Assembly (NCBI GenBank): GCA_009991965.1
Contig: JAACWQ010000004.1
Location: forward strand, 1 to 40,073
Direction of reading: 5' to 3'
Length of the DNA: 40,073 nt
Origin: Minisyncoccota bacterium
Lineage (GTDB): Bacteria; Patescibacteriota; Microgenomatia; UBA1400; PJMF01
Made by a program: the position numbers and the translations under genes. This document shows positions 27,567 to 35,370 of this stretch, in pieces (position 1 is the stretch's first letter; every line of letters starts with the position of its first letter). The notes beneath the pieces were generated by a model. The model ran no database searches, was not told the origin of the DNA, and saw only the letters and a program-made list of their open reading frames with translations.

Positions 27567-28790
27567 TCAAATCCACATATCAAAATTGGCAACAATTGCT
27601 CCAACGTCATCTGCGTCTATCATACAGTCTCCAACTAGATTGTAAGCACAGTTTTCTTGCGAGAAATACTGATACAACAAATTGTAGTCAAAGATATCTA
27701 CCAGGTTGTTTCTATCAAGATCCCCCAGCAAAGGAATTGGAGTTGGCGTGGGGGTATGTATTGGGGCTGTAGGAATAGGAGTGGGGGTAGGTTGTGGACA
27801 AAGACGGGTGGCAAAATTTTGAAATACCGAATACCACGGTCGCTTATTTCCGTTGTTGTCAATCAGTCCCATTGCAGGGTCACTAGAAAAGTCTCCCATC
27901 GTGTGAAAAAAGGCTGCCGTCACAAAAGAAAATTCATCAGAGGTCAATCTTTGGAGTGTTGCCGACAAATACTCTGCTCCCTGTGCTTCTGTACTTGAAG
28001 TGTCTGCGCCCGGCATAACATTCCAACCGTACTCAGTGATCCAAATAGGTTTTTGTACAATTTGATATAAATGCTTGACGCTATCGAGATCGGCTGCACC
28101 ATGCCAACTGTATGGATGGATTGAAAACACATCATAGGAGTGCCCACCAGGACTGTTGTGCAAACGATCGACAAATGCATCATCCATACGATCCAAACCG
28201 CCTACTGAGAGTTGTATCGATGGGTCAACACCTTTGAGTGCTGAATAGGTGACGTCAAGCCAATAGGCGTACTCTCTCACAGAGTCATCCGTATTACCGC
28301 AGCCGCCTGCGCTAGAACCGCAACCATTTTGCTCATTCCAAAACTCATATCGCTTGATTTGAGGGTACCGTCTCGCTGCTGTCTGAATAAAACGTACGTA
28401 CTCTTGAGCAAACTCGCGCTTTGGCAAAGCTTGGTGCGCAGGAAGACCTCCTTCTTTTGCCCAGGCTGGCGTACCAGTGATAAGTACTGTCAATGCAAGC
28501 TTATATTTCTCTGCTTCCTTTGTGTCTGCGTCCAATTGCGCAAAATTATACGTGCCATGATTCCTTTCAGATAAATCCCAATTGAGCACTAATTTTGTTG
28601 CGGTTCCTCCTACATTGCTGATTGCCTGATACATGTTGCCGACATTTCCCCCAGGATTAATGCCAAATAACAACGGGCGACTAAAATTTTGGCACGTCGG
28701 ATCTGCGGCTGTTACCGAAGGTATTTTTGAGATAGAGAAAAAAACAATCGAAACAAAAACTAAAACGCCGGAAAAAAGTATAAATTTCAT
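27567..28790 (-). CDS. Secreted clan GH-A glycoside hydrolase + Pro/Thr linker + dockerin-like domain (paralog 1)
   Basis: Signal/anchor, WNEQN, HPY, WITEYGW, PTPTP linker, GDLDRNNLVDIFDY and GDCMIDADDV..IVANF. Confidence 0.85.
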   Translation of the reverse strand: MKFILFSGVLVFVSIVFFSISKIPSVTAADPTCQNFSRPLLFGINPGGNVGNMYQAISNVGGTATKLVLNWDLSERNHGTYNFAQLDADTKEAEKYKLALTVLITGTPAWAKEGGLPAHQALPKREFAQEYVRFIQTAARRYPQIKRYEFWNEQNGCGSSAGGCGNTDDSVREYAYWLDVTYSALKGVDPSIQLSVGGLDRMDDAFVDRLHNSPGGHSYDVFSIHPYSWHGAADLDSVKHLYQIVQKPIWITEYGWNVMPGADTSSTEAQGAEYLSATLQRLTSDEFSFVTAAFFHTMGDFSSDPAMGLIDNNGNKRPWYSVFQNFATRLCPQPTPTPIPTAPIHTPTPTPIPLLGDLDRNNLVDIFDYNLLYQYFSQENCAYNLVGDCMIDADDVGAIVANFDMWI

Positions 28791-28851
28791 CACAAAAAAA
28801 TTGTAGGCGAGTTGGGCGCTGATCACAAGGAGGGGGTGTTATTGTACAGTG

Positions 28852-29477
28852 TTACGGGCGCCAGTTCGCGCGGCCAACTTTAGAAACTTCTTGCATATAC
28901 CTCTCATATGCTAGCTTATCATCCTCTCCTAAAATTCGAGCCCAAATTCCTGGGAGGTCGCGATTTAACTCGCTTGAATCAATACCAAAGCCTTCAACCC
29001 AAATGAGTAGCGGCGTTTTGAAACCAATCCAAACTTCTTGAGCAAGTTTGAAAAATAAGTTTTCCTCAGACACATCAACTTTGGCCAATAAAACAGCCAG
29101 CTGTAGCGAACAAGGTTCCAGCGAAGCAACAAAGATCAAAATTTTCTTTAAAGTCTCTCCTGAATCAATAATATCATCCATTACAAGCACATGTGCTCCC
29201 TCAATAAGATGAGGTTTTTTGATCGGCTCAACAAGAGGTTCTCCCGTGGCAACCAAGTTTTGCCCATAGCTACTTGCAGAAATATCATCTATTGTCGTGC
29301 GCACACCAAGTTTATACAGGTCTATCTGTAAAAAAGTTGCAAACACTCATCATCATTCGACCTAACTTTTTTAAAGTTATTTGCTATTTCCCCGGCCAAC
29401 TCAGTAATTCTTTGCAAGACTACCTCATGTGGGATCAAAATTTTGGATTCTCCGGGAAGCTCTGAGTGTTTCGGCAC
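28852..29477 (-). pseudogene. hpt: Disrupted hypoxanthine/purine phosphoribosyltransferase (hpt-like)
   Basis: N-part 29477-29322 (MPKHSELPGESKILIPHEVVLQRITELAGEIANNF...*) and C-part 29346-28852 (ASSYG, VLVMDDIIDSGETL, GFGID..RDLP) are in different frames; the 'vgilkGa' strand is missing. Confidence 0.75.
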
Positions 29478-29644
29478 AAAAACTATTATAAACTATATCA
29501 AAAGCCTCTAAGTCGGCTGCAGAAAAGTAGTTGTTTTATCTTCGCTGGAGGTTTCAACTGTTCCCGAAATGGGAATGGTTGAGAAATTTACAAGCTATTA
29601 GTTCGGCCTCTGTTTGAGCTGCTAAGTTTTACCTAACACTTGAA

Positions 29645-29848
29645 CTATAGAAACGAGCCACTTGTTTTTCTTACCCTGTCTTTGGCTTCAGAATGCCGAA
29701 CATATAGGCTCATCAAATAGTCATGTCTCTCAAGTACATAGATATACTCACCAATGGATTCGTTATAGCTTACTCCACCAACAGTAAAAGTCTTTCCTTC
29801 ATAACGAACAGAGTCGCCTTTCTCGAACAATGGTAAGTCTTTAGGCAA
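29645..29848 (-). CDS. Small hypothetical protein (67 aa, SH3/KOW-like beta pattern)
   Basis: GAGGT SD before TTG, 15 nt after the helicase stop; FEKGDSVRY...V.GV......Y.Y.L pattern. Confidence 0.55.
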   Translation of the reverse strand: MPKDLPLFEKGDSVRYEGKTFTVGGVSYNESIGEYIYVLERHDYLMSLYVRHSEAKDRVRKTSGSFL

Positions 29849-29863
29849 TTATGACCTCACTTT

Positions 29864-31702
29864 CTATAAAGAACCCCTCATATCCTCAAAATGCTTTCTC
29901 GTCTCTTCGTCCAAGAAGTAAACATATACTCCCTTATGAGCTCTCGACATCAAAACTCTATAAACATTCTTTAGATGCTCCTCTATCTGCTTATTTCCTC
30001 GCTTTACCATACTATCAAAAGACTTGTCTGGTTGGGCAATCCAGCCTTTGTTCTCTCGCCAAACTAGATCATCGCCAAAGATTACAGCAATATAATCAAA
30101 CTCAAAACCTTGTGCTGTATACACCGTTCCAACTTGTTCCATACCTGATTCGTCTGTTGCCCACTTCCAAAAATCTTTCTTGTGCTCCCACGGCATTGCA
30201 AAGTCACCAATCACCACATCGCTTACTAGCTGACCATTTTTTAGCGGATCACTCCAAGTCCAGCAGAAGCCTGCCACAATTCTGGCTGAGTTATGTTTTT
30301 CCTTATTTCTCAGCCTGACTTGTTCCATCATTGTCGTGGGTTTATCAAAAATTTTAAACTCCATTTTTGTATCAAACTGCATAATTTCAGATTCTTGAAT
30401 TCCCAGTGCAGCGTCCAACCACTGTAAGTATGAGTCTGAACCGCTGCATCTAAACTGAGTTTCCAGTTGGTACTCAAATACCTTTGCTCCAAATTTTTTC
30501 GCTGATTGTTTAATCAAGTCCACACTGCCAATTTCTGTGGGTCGTACAACCTGTCGCTCATCAATAAAAAAAATGGAAATTTTTGCAGGAGAAATCAAAT
30601 CGTCAATCTGAGGATTCTTTGACTTGAACATGAAAGGAACTCCCCAATCATTACTGTGTGCTCTAAGTCTATGCGCCTCATCACAAATCAAGACATCAAT
30701 AGAATTTTCTTCATTTTTAGTAAAACTATAAAAATATTTGAAAAACATTGAGGATCTCGTGCCAGCAATTTTTCTGAAAGTTTTTGTTAGCGCAGAAGAA
30801 CCAGTCGCATAAAAGGTGGTAAGGCCTTTTCGCATCAGCTGAACCATGGTCTCAAGTGCAATTACTGACTTACCAGTCCCCGGCCCACCTCTCACAATTA
30901 TTACGCTTTTTATTTTTTCCTTTGAGAGCCGACTCACCTGATCCTTGATTGCGTTGTAGGCAGCAATCTGCTCATCGATAAGATTGAATACTTGTTGACC
31001 TCTAATCATATGACCAAATTCCTCTAAGAGTCTTTTTGATGGTCTAACCTTACTAGAATCGAATCTTGCCAACACAGCAGAACCTTTTCCATTGAGCATG
31101 TGGTGCTTGAGATATTCGCCCAATTGAGCAACCTGCCCCTTAGTAAATAGTGGGAAGCGGGCCAAGTCTGTCTGATACTCAGAGTTAAGTAGCGGATCAT
31201 CATTTTCATTTTGAACATAATTGTGGCAATACACACATGCTCGAAGCAGTAGAGGATCTTTTTCTTCAAAAACACTGTACGAATCCTCCATCTCCCGCAC
31301 ATATGCTTCAACCTGAACTGAAGGATGTGCTACCTCTCTAAATCTGCCCGCAATCGGTGTCGACACATTTCCAACTATTTCAGTCTTATGTACCTCAGTC
31401 CATTGTTTTAACTCAACAATCACTGAAGAGTCTTGTGCTTGAGTGTTTTTTGCAAAAAGTAAGACATCAATCCTCTTTGCGGTAAAAGGCAACTCATGCT
31501 CTACAGCAATATGAAAGTCATTTAGCGACACTATATCCAAGGAATCTTTCACGAACCGTAGCGAGTTGTACCACGAACGATATTCGCCTGGACCAACCTT
31601 TCTGCGATAATAATCAGAATATGATTGCGCCAATTGATCGGCGATGGTGTTGTTCATGACATCAAAACGGAAATCTGAAGCTGAAGCTGAATATAATCTC
31701 AT
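29864..31702 (-). CDS. DUF2075-like (Schlafen group 3-type) SF1 helicase with N-terminal PD-(D/E)xK-like nuclease domain
   Basis: E...RIDVLL...VIVELKQW; Walker A GGPGTGKS; Walker B ICDEAH; QFRC; YTAQGFEFDY; YRVLMSRA. Confidence 0.85.
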   Translation of the reverse strand: MRLYSASASDFRFDVMNNTIADQLAQSYSDYYRRKVGPGEYRSWYNSLRFVKDSLDIVSLNDFHIAVEHELPFTAKRIDVLLFAKNTQAQDSSVIVELKQWTEVHKTEIVGNVSTPIAGRFREVAHPSVQVEAYVREMEDSYSVFEEKDPLLLRACVYCHNYVQNENDDPLLNSEYQTDLARFPLFTKGQVAQLGEYLKHHMLNGKGSAVLARFDSSKVRPSKRLLEEFGHMIRGQQVFNLIDEQIAAYNAIKDQVSRLSKEKIKSVIIVRGGPGTGKSVIALETMVQLMRKGLTTFYATGSSALTKTFRKIAGTRSSMFFKYFYSFTKNEENSIDVLICDEAHRLRAHSNDWGVPFMFKSKNPQIDDLISPAKISIFFIDERQVVRPTEIGSVDLIKQSAKKFGAKVFEYQLETQFRCSGSDSYLQWLDAALGIQESEIMQFDTKMEFKIFDKPTTMMEQVRLRNKEKHNSARIVAGFCWTWSDPLKNGQLVSDVVIGDFAMPWEHKKDFWKWATDESGMEQVGTVYTAQGFEFDYIAVIFGDDLVWRENKGWIAQPDKSFDSMVKRGNKQIEEHLKNVYRVLMSRAHKGVYVYFLDEETRKHFEDMRGSL

Positions 31703-31711
31703 CTGTGATAG

Positions 31712-32059
31712 TTATAACCTAGAGTACTTGGTGTGCTTGCCTTTTGCTTTTGAAATAGGATATTTTTTTTCATTAATTATTAGTTTTCTTCTCAGAGCCT
31801 CCGATACATCAATACCAAAATCATTTGCCATCAGCAAAACCCAATAAAAAACATCTGCTAACTCTTCGCCAATTTCTTGCTTGTGACTGCGCAAGTATGC
31901 AGTTAGTTCTTGCTCATTCTTCCACTGGAAATGTTCTGCTAATTCTGATAATTCCAACAAAAGTGAAATTACTAGGTCTTTTGGCGTGTGAAATTGCTTC
32001 CAATCCCGTTGATCACGAAATTTTATAATTTGTTTAGTTAGGTCTTGTATATCTGACAT
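31712..32059 (-). CDS. MazG-like nucleotide pyrophosphohydrolase (dCTP pyrophosphatase-like)
   Basis: FRDQRDWKQFHTPKDL, ELSELAEHFQW, EELADV (ExxE...ExxD), KKYP. Confidence 0.9.
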   Translation of the reverse strand: MSDIQDLTKQIIKFRDQRDWKQFHTPKDLVISLLLELSELAEHFQWKNEQELTAYLRSHKQEIGEELADVFYWVLLMANDFGIDVSEALRRKLIINEKKYPISKAKGKHTKYSRL

Positions 32060-32086
32060 GATCAAATTCTACTCCAATCGCAGAAA

Positions 32087-32175
32087 TTAATTTCTTTTTT
32101 TTCTTCCCCCAACCAACTCCTCAACCTCCCGATCAAAATCAGAGACGAATGCTCTGTCCAATCAGCCATTGCCAT
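32087..32175 (-). pseudogene. Probable remnant of the 3' end of a RhuM-family gene
   Basis: Reads MAMADW then, after a frame change, DRAFVSDFDREVEEL..*, resembling the RhuM C-terminal motifs MxMxDW and QDRxFxSDFD as recalled. Confidence 0.5.
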
Positions 32176-32182
32176 CGCTGAC

Positions 32183-32207
32183 AGTTATTAAGTATTGCTT
32201 AATAACT
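32183..32207. other. AT-rich inverted repeat at the sufD stop / insertion boundary
   Basis: AGTTATTAAG-TATTG-CTTAATAACT (10-bp arms). Confidence 0.55.
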
Positions 32208-32709
32208 AAATCTGATTACTAGATTCTACCCCCAAAAACCCCTCCACAATCAACTTCTCCGCTTCTTTTCGACTCACCCCGCGACTCATGAGATAAAACA
32301 GTTGGCTCTCTGGGATAGAGCTGATACTCGCCGCGTGCGAACACTTGACATCATCGGTCAAAATCTCAAGCTCTGGTACCGCTTCCGCTTTGGCCTGTGG
32401 TGAAAGTAGGAGGATTCGCTCAGTCAAAAAAGAATTGGTATCCGGACAATCCGGATCAATTTTTATTTTCCCCCAAAAGGAAATGAAAGCGCTGTCTGCA
32501 ACCACGCCGTGCAATTTAGTTTTTGCTAGCGTGTGTGGTGCTTGGTGATGGATCGTAATTCTAATGTTGATGCGCTCACTGCCAGTAGCGTGAAAACTGC
32601 CGCTGAGTGTAAACTCCACTCCTGGTTTGGTTAAAAAGTACTCGTACTCACCAGGCTTGGAAACGGTGATACTTTGTGACTCGCTGATAGTTGTTTGGAT
32701 TGCAGACAT
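32206..32709 (-). CDS. sufD: Short SufD (SufBD core only)
   Basis: IHHQAPHT, FWGKIKI, ILLLSPQA, PELEILTDDVKCSHAAS, LFYLMSRG, LIVEGF. Confidence 0.9.
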   Translation of the reverse strand: MSAIQTTISESQSITVSKPGEYEYFLTKPGVEFTLSGSFHATGSERINIRITIHHQAPHTLAKTKLHGVVADSAFISFWGKIKIDPDCPDTNSFLTERILLLSPQAKAEAVPELEILTDDVKCSHAASISSIPESQLFYLMSRGVSRKEAEKLIVEGFLGVESSNQI

Positions 32710-34136
32710 TAGCCGATGCTCCCTGCCATCTCGTGATCGATGAGTCGATTCATCTCAACCGCGTACTCCAATGGTAGTTTTTTGATCAAATCACCGATAA
32801 AGCCATGCACGATCATTTTGCGAGCAGCTTCTTCGTTGACGCCACGACTCATGAGGTAGAACAACTGCTCGTCGCCAATTTTGGAGACTGTTGCTTCGTG
32901 CTGGATTGCTACATCAGAAGCGAACACTTTATCGACTGGATAGGTATCTGAGCGCGACTCTGGGTCGAGCAAAAGCGCGTCGCAAATGACTGAGTTTTGG
33001 CTGTGATGGGCCTTGGGCCCAACAGAAACTAGACCGCGGTAGCTCGTGCGGCCACCATTTTTACTAATAGATTTTGAGACAATTGTGGAGCTCGTATACG
33101 GTGCCAAGTGAATCGCCTTGCTGCCGGTATCCTGGTGTTGTCCCTCGCCCGCTAGCGCCATGCTGAGGGTCTCACCCCTGGCACCTTTACCCGCCAGGAT
33201 GAAACTCGGATACTTCATGGTCACTTTGGAACCCATATTGAAATCCGTCCAGATCATTTCGCCTTCGGTCTCTACGCGAGCGCGTTTGGTGACGAGGTTA
33301 TAGACATTTTTGTACCAGTTTTGAATGGTAGTATATTGGCAGCGTGCGCCAGCTTTGACATAAATCTCGACGACTGCGGAATGGAGCGAGCCGCTCGAGA
33401 AACTTGGTGCTGTACAACCTTCTACATAATGCACTTTTGCCCCTTCATCAACGATAATCAGTGTGCGCTCAAACTGGCCAGCATTAGGAGAGTTGATGCG
33501 AAAATACGTTTGGAGCGGCAGCTGGACGTTGACGCCTTTTGGAATATAGACAAATGAACCACCCGACCAAACTGCGGAATTCAATGCCGCGAAAGTATTA
33601 TCGCCGCTCGGGATCAATTTGCCAAAGTATTCTTTGACCAAATCAGGATACTGCGCCAAACCCTCATCCATCGAGAGAAAAATGACGCCGTCTTTGGCGT
33701 AAGCAGCTTTGAGTGAGCCGTAGACAACTTCGCTGTCGTACTGGGCTTTGACGCCTGCCAAGACGCCACGCTCTGCTTCTGGAATGCCGAGTTTATCGAA
33801 AGTTGCTTTGACCTCTGGTGGCACGTCGTCCCAAGATTTTGACGGCGCATCGGTTGGCTTCAGGTAGTAATGAATGTCCTCAAATGCAATGGCCGACAAA
33901 TCTGCACCCCAAGGTGGCAACTGCATGTGCTCGTATTGCTCAAACGCTTTTAGACGCAGCTGGTGCATCCAGTCTGGCTCGTCTTTCATCGACGAAATTT
34001 CTTCTACTACCCATTTTGATAATCCAGGCTTGGCAATATGCTTGTAACTCGCCGTCGAAGAAAAGTACCCATGCTCATAGTTGGTGTCTTGACTTGGAGT
34101 AAAGGCGGTGGTGTTTTTCTGCGCAAACCGAGCCAT
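32709..34136 (-). CDS. sufB: Fe-S cluster assembly protein SufB
   Basis: LGIPEAE, AQYDSEVVY, ALNSAVWSGGSF, GQFERTLI, YVEGCTAP, LHSAVVE, TMKYPS, HEATVSKI, LPLEYAVE. Confidence 0.97.
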   Translation of the reverse strand: MARFAQKNTTAFTPSQDTNYEHGYFSSTASYKHIAKPGLSKWVVEEISSMKDEPDWMHQLRLKAFEQYEHMQLPPWGADLSAIAFEDIHYYLKPTDAPSKSWDDVPPEVKATFDKLGIPEAERGVLAGVKAQYDSEVVYGSLKAAYAKDGVIFLSMDEGLAQYPDLVKEYFGKLIPSGDNTFAALNSAVWSGGSFVYIPKGVNVQLPLQTYFRINSPNAGQFERTLIIVDEGAKVHYVEGCTAPSFSSGSLHSAVVEIYVKAGARCQYTTIQNWYKNVYNLVTKRARVETEGEMIWTDFNMGSKVTMKYPSFILAGKGARGETLSMALAGEGQHQDTGSKAIHLAPYTSSTIVSKSISKNGGRTSYRGLVSVGPKAHHSQNSVICDALLLDPESRSDTYPVDKVFASDVAIQHEATVSKIGDEQLFYLMSRGVNEEAARKMIVHGFIGDLIKKLPLEYAVEMNRLIDHEMAGSIG

Positions 34137-34597
34137 CAGATGTTACTCCGGCTCAAAATTTGGCGAATAAGTCCATTGGTCTCACCAGCAAAACCAAAAT
34201 CATAGAGAGCAATCTCGGCAAAAGAAACCCAAGCAAACTCAGTGTGCTCAGCACTCATACGTACTTTTTGCAGCCCGGACAATGCAACTTTCCAGCCAAC
34301 AATGAGCGTATAAAGTTGCTTCTCTCCGTCAAAGTAGGTGTCAAAAAAAATCGGTCGCGTAAACATGCTATCGGCCAAAGAAATTCCAGTCTCTTCCAAG
34401 ATTTCTCGCGTAATATCTGCTTGGTGTAAACTCCGCTCTGTCTGTTTTGATTGTGGCCACTCACTATTACCGCCTGGCAAATCCCATTGACCAGCGCGAG
34501 TTGCACTGTCATCTGCCCGCTTGAGAATCAAGACTCTGTTGTCTGCGACCAGCGCGGCTTTTTGTAAAACTTTTACTGTGTCTGTTAGTTGATGCAT
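34136..34597 (-). CDS. NUDIX hydrolase (Nudix box with insertion)
   Basis: LILKR, WDLPGG..E...REILEETG, SAEHTEFAWV. Confidence 0.85.
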   Translation of the reverse strand: MHQLTDTVKVLQKAALVADNRVLILKRADDSATRAGQWDLPGGNSEWPQSKQTERSLHQADITREILEETGISLADSMFTRPIFFDTYFDGEKQLYTLIVGWKVALSGLQKVRMSAEHTEFAWVSFAEIALYDFGFAGETNGLIRQILSRSNI

Positions 34598-34599
34598 CG

Positions 34600-35358
34600 T
34601 TACTCCTTGAGGGCTGCGTAGCCTGTTTTTTCGAGCTGTTCGACTAGTTGAGGACCACCCGATTGCTTAATCTTACCCGCAACTACTACGTGCACAAAAT
34701 CTGGTTTGAGGTACTGCAAAATACGCTGATAATGGGTGATGACTAGAACACCAAGTGACAATTTTTTTTGTAAAAGCGCAACTGCCTTGGCGACTTTTTT
34801 GATTGCGTCGATATCGAGTCCAGAATCTGTTTCATCGAGAACAACGTACTTTGGCTCGAGCACGGCGAGTTGTAAAATCTCGAGCTGCTTTTTTTCACCT
34901 CCGCTAAAACCTTCGTTGAGTCCGCGGGTTAGAAATGCCTGACTAATCTCGAGCTCATCGGCAATTGCTTGTAAATGTTTGCGAAATTCGAGCACCGTTT
35001 TGAATAACCGCCTCGGTTCACTAGCGAAACGAGCTTGGTACGCTTGACGGAGGAAATTCTGGACTGAAACACCGGGCACTTCAACCGGATATTGAAAAGC
35101 CAAAAATAAGCCTTTTTGTGCCCGCTCGTCTGGAGAGAGTGAAATAATATCTTCACCGTCTAGGGTAACTTTTGAACCTGAGAGGATGGTGTATGACGGG
35201 TGACCTGCGAGCGCGTACGCCAGCGTACTTTTACCCGAGCCGTTGGGGCCCATGATGGCGTGCGTCTCACCAGGGTTTACAACCAGCGATACACCCTTGA
35301 GAATCTGCTTCTCATCGATCGAAACTGCTAAGTTGGTGAGTACTAAACCCTGTGACAT
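34600..35358 (-). CDS. sufC: Fe-S assembly ABC ATPase SufC
   Basis: MGPNGSGKSTL, FLAFQYPVEVPGV, NEGFSGGEKK, LDETDSGLDIDA, ITHYQRIL. Confidence 0.97.
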   Translation of the reverse strand: MSQGLVLTNLAVSIDEKQILKGVSLVVNPGETHAIMGPNGSGKSTLAYALAGHPSYTILSGSKVTLDGEDIISLSPDERAQKGLFLAFQYPVEVPGVSVQNFLRQAYQARFASEPRRLFKTVLEFRKHLQAIADELEISQAFLTRGLNEGFSGGEKKQLEILQLAVLEPKYVVLDETDSGLDIDAIKKVAKAVALLQKKLSLGVLVITHYQRILQYLKPDFVHVVVAGKIKQSGGPQLVEQLEKTGYAALKE

Positions 35359-35370
35359 ATGCAGGGGGGA

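Noticed and set aside
29347-29365. TGA TGA TGA run suggesting TGA recoding (code 25) in hpt
   Set aside because: A TAG precedes it in the same frame, and TGA terminates many well-defined genes in this window
29851-30318. 155-aa plus-strand ORF
   Set aside because: Antisense to the helicase C-terminus; S/L/P-rich shadow composition
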